Source of the DNA: the human T2T-CHM13v2.0 reference genome, Homo sapiens
Assembly (NCBI RefSeq): GCF_009914755.1
Contig: NC_060947.1
Length of the DNA: 64,000 nt
Direction: 5' to 3' (one strand)
The notes under the pieces were generated by a model. That model had not been told where the DNA came from and did no database searches. It was given only the letters and a program-made list of their open reading frames with translations. Made by a program: the position numbers and the translations under genes. Shown here piece by piece: positions 42,043 through 56,654 of the stretch; the first letter of the stretch is position 1, and each line of letters opens with the position of its first letter.

Positions 42043-42824
42043 GTGTGTATATGTATGTAGTGGTGTGTGTGCATAGTTTGTGTGTGTGTGTGTGTCTGCA
42101 TGTGTAATTTCAAAATAAGAATATAACTTTTATTGCTAATAACGACTCTACGGAAAGAAATTTAAGATGACTTTGATGTTCTTTTTGTCTTTGGAATAAA
42201 TCCCACTAGGGAGGTTCAGTCAAAATACTGTGTTTCAAAGTTACTTGAAATAATTCCTCTTTCTGTGGTTACGCCACCAACTTGATACACAGAGCACTTG
42301 TTTCCATTTCTTTTTTATTTCTATAATTTATTTTTACTTTTTGATTTAATATTGTTTTAAAATTTACATGGTTTCTGAGTCCAAATGATAAAATGTTGTA
42401 GATTCAGATAGGTCTAGCTCCTATTCCTGTCTTTTCACCCACTTTATAATTCTCCTTTTTATGGTCATCAATTGTTTATCAAACAATTGCTTATTTAAAA
42501 AAAGTAAATATGTAAGTATTCATACTTCAATCAATTTCTTATAAAACATTATTTATATGGTGAAAATTCTCTAATTCTCTTTTTTCCTTCCTTCCTTCCT
42601 TCCCTTTTCTTTCATACAACAAATTTAATAAATCACTCCATAGAAATGCATAGCAATCAAACTTATTATTTCTCCCCTCACACACTTCATCTCCCCACCA
42701 TGCTACAGAGCACGCCATTGTATAAATGTGCCATGTTTATTGAAACAGGGCACTTTTGGTGGGCTTTTGGGTGATCTTGGTCTTTTTCTATGACAAAGAG
42801 TACTACATTAAATACCTTTATGCT

Positions 42825-42936
42825 ATGACAACTAATCCTCTCAGTTTGCCTGCGACTGATGGGTTTCCCAAGATGCAGGACTTTAAATGCTAATGCCAGC
42901 AAAATTCTGAACAAGCCAGGGAAAGTTGGCTACCCT
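42825..42936. mobile_element. MER94-like hAT-Blackjack MITE within decayed minus-strand L1M sequence (~41340-43200)
   Basis: cagtttgcctgcgactg...gcaggacttt...agttggctacccta. Confidence 0.6.
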
Positions 42937-43679
42937 ACCATGTGCACACATCTTTTTAGAGGATTGATATTTTATGAATTTGGGTTTTTTACCCAGGTAC
43001 ATGATAGGCTTCTCTATTTGTTCATATACTTCTTTTTTGTCCTTCAAGTATGCCTCAAGGTATTTTTTCATATTGGTCTTGAACATTTTTCATTAAGTTT
43101 ATTCCTAGGTCATTTTTCTTTTTTGACACTACTATAAATGAGATCATTTCTACCATTGCATTTTTAAATGTATTGTTTTCATACATTCTATAAAAGCCAT
43201 AGATTTCGATATATTTATTTTTACTTTCCACCTCCAAGTGCTGAGCAAGCATCTGGGCATCTTCCCTTTGTAAAACTGATTTCCCCCAGGGCAACTTTGA
43301 AATCTCTTCTGAATCCCCTCTATCTGGTCCTCCAATTAACAGACAGAAAGAGAGTAGGTGGTCACCTCTTAATTTCTTCAGGTTACAAATGACATATTTC
43401 ATTTCTGCTCACATTCCATTGTCTGCAATTCAGCTGATGCCCGTGCCTACCTGTAAGAATACAGGGAAATACAGCCTTCACTTGCGCCTAGGAAAGAGAG
43501 AACAATAGATGTCTACCTCAAGACTCTACTGGAATATAAGTACTACAAGTACAGGGATTTTGTACTTTTGGTTCTTTAAAGAATCTCAAATACTTTGAAC
43601 ATCTCCTAGTATACAGCAGGTGCTCAACAAAGAGGTGATGTTATACAATGGATATGTCTTTAACATGAAAATATTTATT

Positions 43680-44689
43680 TCTCTCAGCCTACCATGTTCA
43701 TCAGTGAAGAGACACTAAAGGCATTCACATTAAATTCCAGATCAAGGTAAAGATGTTTGCTTTTACCTTTTGTATTTAACACTCTATGGAGATAGTCACC
43801 CATGCAAATAGTAAATATTTTAGGGATCATGGGCCACGTAGCCTCTGTTTAAACTCTACTCTAGACAATACATGAGCAAATGGGTGTGACTGTGTTCCAA
43901 TTAAATGTTATTTGTAAAACCAGGTCCTGGGTGGATTTGGCCTAAGGTCATAGTTTAAGAATGATTACTGTAGACCACAGTTGTCGGCAAGACAAATAAA
44001 GGTTTAGGTAAAATTATTACCTTTTGCAGATGATACAATGTTATGTCTGGAATGTCTAAAAGAAACCATTTTAAAACTAGTGAAAATAATAAGAGAATTC
44101 AGTATGATTTTTGGGGTGGTGAGGGACAAGACAAATTTAATACAATATAAATTTTAAAAATCTAGAAAAAACTGAAAAATAAAAGCAATGTGGGGAAACT
44201 AGTTCTACTAGAGATATACCAAAAAGACTCGGTAATTTAAACTATGTATTACTGCCATAGGACTAGAAAGAATAAAATAGGAATATTAGAGATAGACACT
44301 ATGCATACAGAACTTATGATATAAAAAGGGTGGCATTATAAACCAATGACGAGAAAAATAAACTATTCAAAGAATGGTGTTGGGAAAACTAGATAGCAAC
44401 CGGGGGGAAACAAAAAGTTGCATTCGCAGTTTGTACTTCCCATAAAGTTGAATTGCAAACAGATTAAAATTTAGATATGCAACACACCACGACAGCATAA
44501 AATTACAGAAGGAAATATGGGATAACCCTTCATTGAATCCAAACACACAGAGAGATTTTGTAACTATAAGATAATATGCAGAAATGATGGACGTATTTCA
44601 TGCTGTAGAAATCAAAACTTCTGCCTCGCAAAAACGAAATCAATTGATTAATTTAAAGGTAGAGAATACTTGCATCTTAGATCACAAAG
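43680..44689 (+). mobile_element. Old L1M ORF2 fragments with a MER58-like insert (~43820-43970)
   Basis: ttttgcagatgatacaatg (FADD); ctattcaaagaatggtgttgggaaaact. Confidence 0.7.
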
Positions 44690-45072
44690 TGTATTAGTTT
44701 GCCAGGGTTGTCGTAACAAAGTACCATAGACTGGGTAGCTTAAAACAACAGGAATTTAATTTTTATAGTTCTAGAGGATAGAAATGCAAGATGAAGTTAT
44801 CGGCTGGTTTAGTGTCTTTCGAGGTCTCTCTCCTTGGCTCACAGATGTCTACCTTCTTGTTTCCTCATATGTTCAACTCTGTGTGTTGTCTATGTTCTAA
44901 TCTCTTTTTCTTATAAGGACACCAGTCATATTGGATTGGGGCCCACCCATAGTACCTCATTTTACCTTAATTACTTCTTTTAGCCCATCTCCAAATACAG
45001 TCACCTTCTGACATACTGGGAGTTAGGACCTCAATATAGAAATTGTAGAAGGACAAAATTCAGCCCATAACA
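44690..45072 (-). mobile_element. MLT1A solo LTR
   Basis: tgtattagttt...aattcagcccataaca; 5-bp TSD CAAAG. Confidence 0.9.
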
Positions 45073-45164
45073 CAAAGAAAGGATTAATCTTGGTTATATA
45101 CAAAGAACCTCCCAGGAATTCACAGAGCATCCTCTTTTCCCTCCCCTTACATGGTCTGCAGTAA

Positions 45165-45365
45165 TCATTGCCAACTATGACCTTCAGGCCAAATTCACCC
45201 GGGAACTGTTTTTGCAAATAACATTTAATTGGACACAGCCACACCCATTTGCTCATGTATTGTCTAGAGCAGAGTACTATAGTTTAAACAGAAGCTGTGC
45301 GGCCCGTGATACCCAAAATATTTACTATCTAGTCATTTACAGAAAAAATGACAACCTGCGGACTA
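45165..45365. mobile_element. MER58A
   Basis: ggccaaattc...ttggacacagccacacccattt...aaaatatttactatct...tttacagaaaaa. Confidence 0.8.
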
Positions 45366-45442
45366 GGGCACAGTCAGACTGGGGGTTAGGAAATGTGTAG
45401 GCAACATGGAGATAAAAGTTGAAGAGAGAGACCAGGTTGTAT

Positions 45443-45578
45443 TAGGGATAAGCTGATAGATCCCAGTGTGCCTGGGATAGTGCCAGTTTACATTTATTAT
45501 TCCAGCACACCTACTAGTTGATATTTACACTTTTAATCCTAAAAGTGCCCTCCATTGAACAATAAATGATATAGTCAC
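45443..45578. mobile_element. MER81-like hAT MITE, TIR interrupted by MLT1C
   Basis: tcccagtgtgcctgggatagtgccagttta...aataaatgatatagtcac, resuming as ...acctcta at ~46401. Confidence 0.6.
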
Positions 45579-46397
45579 TGTTATGGGTTGAATTTTGTTC
45601 CTCCAAAAGATATACTGAGTTCCATATCCCCAGCACCTGTGAATGTGACCTTAGCTAGAAGTAGGATCTTTGCAGATATAATCAAAATAAGACGAGGTCA
45701 TTAAGGTAACCTGTAATCCAATATGACTGATGTCCTTAAAAGAAGAGGGAAAATTGGACACAGACACACACAGTGAAAAGAGTACTATGTGATGACACAG
45801 AGATGCAGACACAGAAGGAAGATGGCCATGTGATGACAGAAACAGAGACTGGAGTGATGCATCTACAAGAAAAGGAGCACCAAGGATTTCTGTAAACACC
45901 AAGGCTAGAAGAAATGAGAAAGGATTCTTCCCTAAAGCCTTCAGAAGAAGTATGGTTCTGCTGCTATCTTCATTTCAAACTTCTACTCCCATAACTGTGA
46001 AAGAATGCATTTTTGCTGTTTTAAATCAACCAGTCTGTAGTACAGTCATGCACTGCATAATGATATTTCGGTCAACCACAGACTGCATATACGATGGTGG
46101 CTTTATCAGATTATAATGGAGGCATATACAGAAACCTGGTATATGGCACTCCATATTGGCATTGTTGATCAAGTAGGGGAAATGAGTGATATTCAGTAAC
46201 AGTGCTGGGACACTTAGTTTTCCGTAAGAAAAACACATATATGAATAAATAATAATATATGCCATCTAGCTTTGTATAAGTACACTCTATGATAGCACAA
46301 CAACAAAATCACCTGACAACACATTTCTCAGAACATATTTTGTTGTTACATAAAGCATGGCTGCACTTTGTTACAGCAGCCCTGGGAAATTAAGACA
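45579..46397 (+). mobile_element. MLT1C-like LTR containing a Tigger3a
   Basis: tgttatgggttgaatt...gcagccctgggaaattaagaca; 5-bp TSD GTCAC. Confidence 0.9.
46043..46363 (+). mobile_element. Tigger3a
   Basis: TA-CAGTCATGCACTGCATAA...tttcggtcaac; right end aagcatggctg. Confidence 0.85.
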
Positions 46398-46487
46398 GTC
46401 ACCTCTATCAATGAGGACTTATCTGAGGAAAATAAGTTAGCATTCAGGGATTATCAGTTAGAATATTATGGATTAAAATGGAGAAGA

Positions 46488-47535
46488 CCTAATATATAAG
46501 GAGCTCAAACAACTCTATAGAAAAACATCTAATAATCTAATTAAAACTGGTCAAAAGATTTGAATAGACAATTCTCAAAAGAAGACATACAAATGGCAAA
46601 CGGGCATATGAAAAGATGCTCAACATCATTGATCATCAGAGAAACGCAAATCAAAACTACAATGAGATATTATCTCACCCCAGTTAAAATAGCTTATTTC
46701 CAAAAGGCAATAAAAAAATGCTGGTGAGGATGTGGAGAAAAGGGAACCCGGATACACTGTTGGTGGAAATGTAAATTAGTACAACCACTATGGAGAATAG
46801 TTTGGAGGTTCCTCAAAAAAACTAAAAATAGAGCTACCATGTGATCCAGGAATCCTACTGCTGGGTCTATACCAAAAGAAAGGACATCAGTACATTGAAG
46901 AGATATCTGCACTCCCATGTTCATTGCAGCACTGTTCACAATAGCCAAAATTGGATGTAACCTAAGTGTCCATCAACAGGTGAATGGATAAAAAAAATGT
47001 GGTATATATACACCATAGAGTACTATTCAGCTATAAAAAAGAATGAGATCCTGTCATTTGCAACAACAAATGAAGGCCATTACGCTAAGTGAAATAAGCT
47101 AGGCACAGAAAGACAACCATCACTTGTTCTCACTTATTTGTGGGATCTAAAAAATCAAAACAACTGAATTCATGGAGATAGAGAATAAAAAGATGATTAC
47201 CAGAGGCTGGGATGAATAGTAGGGGAGGAGTGGTGGTGGAGGGGAGGTGGGGATGGTTAATAGTTACAAAAAAAAGTAGTTAGAAAGAATGTCCCAGTAT
47301 TTGATAGCACAACAGGGTGACTATAGACAATAATAATTTAATTGTACATTTAAAAATAACTAGAAGTATAATTGAATAGTTTGTGACACAACAGATAAAT
47401 GCTTGAGGGGATGGAAACCCCATTTTACATGATGTGCTTATTTCACATTGCATGCCTGTATCAAAATACCTTCTGCACCCCATAAATATATACACCTACT
47501 ATGTACACAAAAATTAAAAACTTTTAAAAAAGAAA
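46488..47535 (+). mobile_element. 5'-truncated L1MA (ORF2 C-terminus + 3'UTR)
   Basis: tgctggtgaggatgtggagaaaagggaac; ctgcactcccatgttcattgcagcac; A-rich tail; TSD taaaatg.agaa. Confidence 0.92.
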
Positions 47536-47896
47536 ATAAAATGTAGAAAAGCTAGAGGTGAGGATACCACTTAAGAGACTACGAAAATTAGAATACACCA
47601 CAGTCAATTAGGGCATTGTTACAAACGGACTTAAACCAATTTAGTGAGGTTTTTTTTAATTGTAGGTATTTTTACCAGAAATAGGTAGCCTCATATACTA
47701 TCAGATTTTTTAAAAATTAGTGATTTCATGTTACTTTTATTTAGATTCTTGTTGTTATGTGTGGGGTTTTTTGGTAAAGTTTATATCAACCTGTTAATGA
47801 TATTTGAAATCCAAAGTCTGTTAAAAATGGAAAGATTATGTTCATCCTTCCTCCTCCACATCCCATCTCCCAGGTGGTATATCACAATAAAATTTC

Positions 47897-48758
<862 letters not shown>

Positions 48759-50632
48759 TTTCTGCCCTATGTTTAAAGCCCAATTCTGCCAAACATGCAA
48801 ATATTTAGTAGCAAATAAACATAGCCCATACTTGTAAATTCATGAAGTTCTAGCTCTCTGCCTTTTTAGTCTCTCTGGCAAGAAAGATTCACTGCATGAA
48901 AGATTAACTTGATACGCATGAACTACATTTTAGTGCCAGGTTCAGCTAACCTTGGGAATGAGACCTCCAAATGTTTATTAAAGGCAGCACATTTGTCCAA
49001 ACAAAGCGCTGGGAGAAGATGACCAGAGGGTTTCACCTGCTCATGCTGGGCCAGAGGTGCTTGTTTATTCCTTCCCACCAGTGTCTATGTATTAAATTAC
49101 CATTTATTTCACCATTGAAAAATAATTTCAAATAGGTAATGTATAAATTATTAAATCTTCTTGTGTTGTTCTGACATGAGACAACAATGAAACTAAAACA
49201 GAAAAGCATACTCATTAGACCATTCAAATGCTAATTAACAACACCTGAAGTATGAATGCCTAATTAGAGCATTACGAAGTTAACCAACAGTATAGGATTA
49301 AATATCACCCCAAGGTATTAGAAAGTAAACTAGAGACAATATAGCAGGCCTGACCCAAGGGTGTAAGATGGTAGCTTTTTCTAGCTGACTCCAGTTCTCT
49401 GAAAACAGCAGAGGAATGGGCTTAAGCTGAAATTTCATAAATTTAGTCAAATCAAAGAAGTGTCTGATAGGCTCTTATGTCTGCTACCATTATATACATC
49501 TGCTTCAATGTATGTATGAGATCCCACCTGGAAGTAGGGGCTCAATGTCCTGTGGAACATCCTTCCAGTTTTAGAAGTAGCTTATTGATGATGTGTGTGC
49601 AGTAACCATTTTTGGATATTTTAAAATTATTGTCATTGATTTTTGTCCTATGTATGTATATTGTCTTGTTTGCTACTGTGGTTAAATATATCTATTTTTG
49701 TTGGTATTCTTTGTGATCGTATTTATCAAAATGACTACTGTGAACTTTCTCTTGTCTTCTACTACTAAAAATAGGAATCTTTGAAAATATATAAAAAATT
49801 CTATTTCATACCAGACACAACTTGGAGATGTGATCATTTTATTAATTTATCTCCCCTCCTACAGCATGCTGTGAAATTTCCACACTCCATTTAACTTCCA
49901 TAGGCATCTGTTCGCATGTAAATAACTCCCAGGATACCTAACTTTCTTTGATGATTTACTCCAATTTAAAACTAATTATTATACATTCTTAATTGGGAGA
50001 CTTAGTTACATGAAAAGGATGGTTTGCCTGATTTTAATTCAAGATTTGTAACACCTGTAATTTAACAGCGATCAGTGTCCTATTTCACTTTTGATAAAAC
50101 GGAGTGATTATTATCTGCTATTAGCTAATGGATATCTCAACTGAAATTGAGAAGCATCTTTAAATTTAGGAGATTTGATTTTAATTTGGGGATTTTATGT
50201 GGGACCAAGTTACAGCAACAACTCTAATGGGAATGGTTCTAAGTTCCAGAAGGCAGAATTATATTTCTAGGAGAAACAAAATTATATGTTTTTAGCATAA
50301 TATCCTCTAGGGCAATAGCAAAGATGTTGAAGAGGCAATGAAGTATAATGGGGGAAAAAACTCTCAGAATGTAAAGGGCGAATTAAAAGACTGTTGCTGC
50401 TCTGTCTTAACCTTAGAAATTCACTTAGCTTCTTTGTGATTCAGCTTCCTTTTATTTAAGGATGGGGTAATTATATCTTGCAAACATCACAGGATTGCTG
50501 TGAGGTCCAGTGAGATAATACACATGACATCAGTTCCATTCCTTCTTTGTTGTTCCCTCCATATTTTGAGACCAACCTTGAACTCTTCTATTGATTACTT
50601 TGTTACTGTCCCTTTTTATTCTCCCTTCTTAA

Positions 50633-50634
50633 AC

Positions 50635-50673
<39 letters not shown>
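50633..50673. repeat. (CA)n microsatellite
   Basis: ~20 CA units with one CG interruption. Confidence 0.95.
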
Positions 50674-50676
<3 letters not shown>

Positions 50677-51044
50677 ACATATAGATTAATGGGCATCTTC
50701 CCTCAAGTGCATTTGCATTTTAAAAGATTTTGCCTAAATTGGGCAAGCCTGTATTAGTGGTAGGTTCCTCAATTTCTATCAGGAAAGGAGACATTTCTTT
50801 GGGGACAAGTGTGTGCCTCAAATCATACCACAAAAGGAATCATGAACTCAAGAGAATTTTCCTTACTTCTAGTATACTAGGAACTAATTATTTGAACTTG
50901 TATTTATTTATATATTTTATTTAATACATATATATTGTCTTATTTAAATATATAAATAAATATTAAAATATTTTTATTTATTGTTATTTAAAACAGTACT
51001 TTAAAGTCAGCATTATTGCAAAAAAAAAAAAAAAAATCCATGGA

Positions 51045-51280
51045 TGTAGTTTTCCAGGAGGCAGGAAACTTTCTGTTAAGAGTCATATAGTAAATAGGTA
51101 AAGCACTGTGGGCTATACAATCTCTGTCACAACTATTCACCTAAGCATGATAACTCCAAAGAAGCTATAGATGATATGTAAATGAATGGGCATGGCTGTG
51201 TCGCATTAAAACTTTATTTACAAAAATAGGCTGTGAGCTGGATTTAGCTCACTGATAATAGTTATCTGACACCTATAGTA
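51045..51280. mobile_element. MER58A
   Basis: aaactttctgttaag...gggcatggctgtgt...aaaactttatttacaaaa. Confidence 0.8.
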
Positions 51281-52195
51281 TTCCATCTACTCCTACATCT
51301 TCCCTTCTTTTCCCAATCATCCAAAAAGTAGAATGTTTCACAGGAGAAGAGATATTAAACACTATAAATATATAGTTGATTCCCACTTCTCCTTTCCATT
51401 CGACCCCAAAGAATGTGCAGAAATTTCGTGGCCTTGTCTTCCCTGTGCTCAGCCCCTAAGGCAAGCATGATGCCCATGAGCTGTCCTACAACCAACTAAA
51501 ATAATGGTCAGGGCCAAACACAAACAAATCCTTCCTTTCCTCTAACTCTCTTTAGTGAAGGCTCAGGATCTCAGATGCAAGGGTGGGGACACTTGTAATC
51601 CCTGCTTGGAAGTTTAGTCGCTCCTTTCTTTCTCTGGCTAAAATGAAGGTATCTATGAATGTGTGTCTGCTTTCAGTGCATTTGGAACCTCAGAGTTTAG
51701 TGTACCAGCACTTACTGAGAACTGACTGCTTGCAAAACTGTATGAGAATGCAAAATAAGAGACACATCCCCTCAAGGATCCAACTACCTACTTGGGGAAG
51801 CAGAACACACACACACATAAGAAAAGTACTAAACAACACTTACAAAGCCTAACATCAGCAAAGTACATCTTTATAAAGTAGAAGCTGACAGCATCAGTGC
51901 TAACAGTAAACTCTGTACAGGAATGATCAGAGTTAGGTAATAGATCCTAGAAGAAGCAAGATGGAATGACATTTTCCCTTCCTGTCATTCCTACCAAAAC
52001 AGAAGAAAAAAAAATCTTTCAGGAAAAAGAAATGCCTAATTCCTTTGATAACAATGCTTCCCTTAAGTTGAATGGTGGTAAGAACCCTGAACTGCTGTAA
52101 AAGGTGAAATATCAGGATCAATCTTATTAACAGGCTTATTTCAAATTTCATATATAGTTCAGTTGAGCCAAAAAAAAAATGGTTTGGCCGGTCAA

Positions 52196-52478
<283 letters not shown>

Positions 52479-52899
52479 TAGAAATATATAGAGCATTTTC
52501 TGTATCTGATGCTGACCATACATTTATTTAAACCCTCCTCTAAGCTGTTGTTGTCTTCCTCCTTTGAAGCTTTTGTGTAAGGTGTGGTAGGAACACCCCA
52601 AAGGCCTGAGACCTGAGCCTTTACTGAGATTACAGAACAGACTGTCTGAACTATTTTCATGTCTGCTGACTAATAAATGTTTGCTTACTAATGTTTGATG
52701 TTTGTTGAATTCATCCTCAAACTTGTTTTTTAAAAATATTGTGGTAAAATATACATAACATGAAATTCACCATTTTTAGTTATGTAATTCAGTAGCATTG
52801 TTACATTCACAATGTTATGTAACCATCACCATCATCTGTTTCCTGAACTTTTTCATCATCCCAAAAAGAAACTCTGTAACCATTAAGTAATAATTGCTT

Positions 52900-53188
<289 letters not shown>

Positions 53189-53362
53189 ATAATAATTGCT
53201 TATCCCCTCCTCCCACATTCCTGGTGGCCTCTATTCTACTTTCTAGTCTTTATGAATTTGCCAATTATAGGTACCTCACATAAGAGGAATCTCACAAAAT
53301 TTGTCCTTCTGTGTTTGCCTTATTTCACTTTGCATGATGTTTTCAAGGTTTATCTATTGTAG

Positions 53363-53683
<321 letters not shown>

Positions 53684-54058
53684 TAGAGCTGAATAATATT
53701 CTCTATACCACATTTTGTTTATCCATTCATCTGGTGACAGACACTTGGGTTATTTCCACCTTTTGGCTGTTGTAAATAATTCTGTTATGAACATTGATGT
53801 ACAAGCATCAAATTTGTTTTTAAGGTAAAGTTCCTGATAGGCTGTGAGGGAAAAGTCTATTGCCTTCATCTTTAACTAATGGCGACAACAAATATCTACC
53901 TTAAAGAACTTAAAGTTTGGTATGAACAAATGGACTTTTGTCAGGTCATAATGCTCAGTTTCCTCATCTGTAAAATGGTGATACTGATAGTACCTACCTC
54001 ACAGGTTGTTAGGAGGATTAAATGAGTTAATACATATAAAGTGCTTACAAATGTGTCA

Positions 54059-54190
54059 GGTTGAGTGCAGTGGCTCATACCTGTAATACTGACACTTTGG
54101 GAGGTGAGAGGATCCCTTGAAGCCAGGAATTCCAGTGAGACTAGCCTGGGCAACATAGTGAGACCCTGTCTCCATAAAAAAAGAGAAAGG
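54059..54190 (+). mobile_element. FLAM/Alu monomer inserted in a MIR (~53940-54230)
   Basis: Single monomer ending gagaccctgtctc + A-rich tail; MIR core ctcagtttcctcatctgtaaaatgg upstream. Confidence 0.85.
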
Positions 54191-54932
54191 AAATGTCAGT
54201 CACAGTGTAAGCATTAAACAAATGTAGCTCTTTCTATCATTAGTATCATCATTCTTTATCTTTTAGGGACACATTATCTTGCTGTTACTGTAAGTATAAT
54301 TTTACCATCCCCATTTAACAATCTACCCAGGCCTTCCTTAAATTCCAGCATGTTCTAGTTCCAAAGTCATCCACCTCCTCAATCCAAATTCTGCTCCCAT
54401 GTGGCTAATCTTATCAAGACAAGGAGGAGTGAGACTTTATTAACCAATTAACACCAATATATAAATTACTAAGAGACACTAACTATAAGACATCCTTATG
54501 ATTCATACGTTCTTACATCTCAGACTCTCAGACTTGTGAAAATAGAGAAAAATGCAACAACTCAAGTAGAGTTACAGTACTACAATATTTTCCTTAACCC
54601 TATTTTCAGAAATGACAATCCAACTTACAATTAACGACTTTCCCTAGAGTAAGAGAGAATTTAAAGACATGCTAGAATTTCTAGCGGTCAGGGGAATCAT
54701 AAACCTCTAAACCAAGGTGGTATAAAAATGTGACCAAAGATCACAATTTAGAATGCAATTTAATATTTAATAACAGTTCACAAAGATTATAGGAATAAAA
54801 TACAAGGTTAACACAATTACTTTCTTTACAAGAGATGAAATATATTTTATTTTTCTGTTTAGGCTTAATAATCAATGTAAATATTATAACTGTGATGTAT
54901 CAATGGTATATTTTTAAAATAGCTGTGCTTTA

Positions 54933-55326
<394 letters not shown>

Positions 55327-55915
55327 CTAGTAATAATTTCAGAAAATGATTTTACCACTGGCCTCCTTAAATAATATGCTTTCTTGATGCATTTTAAAAA
55401 TATTTGTTTTTGCTAAAATCTGATTATGTTTATTGTATCAACTGAGATTCAGTTATCTATACTTTTAAAATAGAATTTAAAGTTGGTTCAACATATCCTT
55501 TTGTACTAGTCAGTGGATGATAAACAATAATAGATATGAAACTTGGTGAGTCTGATTATCTTTTTTCAAGCATTTCAAATACTGACATCAGCCAGTCCAT
55601 TAAGAATTCTTTGCTGGAGTCCTTCAAAGGGTTGTGGATGAGGATGATGGTGGCTAAAGTAGTAGCATTCTGTCTATGAATTAAGAGACCTGGGTTCTAA
55701 GGCTTACTGAACCGTTAACTAGCAGTTTAAACTTTGGGAGAGCTTGTTTTCTATAACAATGAGTGATTTGGATGGATGGCCACTAACAGCCCTTATTTTT
55801 AATAATAAAAACCACGTGAAACAAGCCGAATTCTGTATGGTAAAGACAATAAGCTAGACAAAGAGATGAGCATTTGTAAAGCACCATCTAGACCACAAGA
55901 AACTCTGATTTGGTA

Positions 55916-56654
55916 TGTAGCAGACAGTGTTGCTAATTTGCCTATATCCCCTCAGGCCTTCCCAGGGAGGTGCACCCAGGCCTGACCTACCAACTGCCAG
56001 TATCTGCATTTCCTTGCCCGAGGGCTTTCTTTGGCTGCTAGAGTCCACTCTGGGTGAGAAGCAGTTGAAAATTAGCATACACTCTGAAATCTTCAATTTA
56101 TAACTGATAAGAGTTAGTATATAAATACTTCAGCTCCTCTACCCCTTGGATGCATTAACTATCCCTTGCCCTTGAGTTGAAATAATACTCGCCACCACAT
56201 CCAGCTATTTTTCGTATTTTTAGTAGAGACAGGGTTTCACCACGTTGGCCAGGCTGCTCTCGAATTCCTGACCTCAGGTGATCCACCCGCCTCGGTCTCC
56301 CAAAGTGTTGGGATTACAGGCGTGTGCCACCGCGCCCACCTGATACGAATTTTCTTAAACCAAAGCACAGCTATTTTGAAAATACACCATTGATACATCA
56401 CAGTTATAATATTTACATTGATTATTAAGTCTAAACAGAAACCCATTAGACGCTGGTTCTCAGAATTCCTCAGCATGATTAATCCCTGTTTAGTCACAGT
56501 GGTACTTGCCTGACAACATATCTTTTATTGGCTACCTTCCCTTCCCCATTTCATCTTCCCCTTTACATCACCTGGGGTCACCCCGAAGATACACTATTTG
56601 CAATTAAATCCTTATTCCAGGTTCGGCCTCTAGGGGAGCCAAAACTAAATGATA
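55916..56654 (+). mobile_element. LTR16-like ERVL LTR, interrupted at 56191-56441
   Basis: tgtagcagacagtg start; ...ttgcaattaaatccttattccaggttcggcctctaggggagccaaaactaa end. Confidence 0.7.
56191..56441 (-). repeat. Inverted 251-bp duplicate of 54852-55102 (unique flank + partial Alu)
   Basis: 95/101 identity over the non-Alu part; both copies are 251 bp long. Confidence 0.95.
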
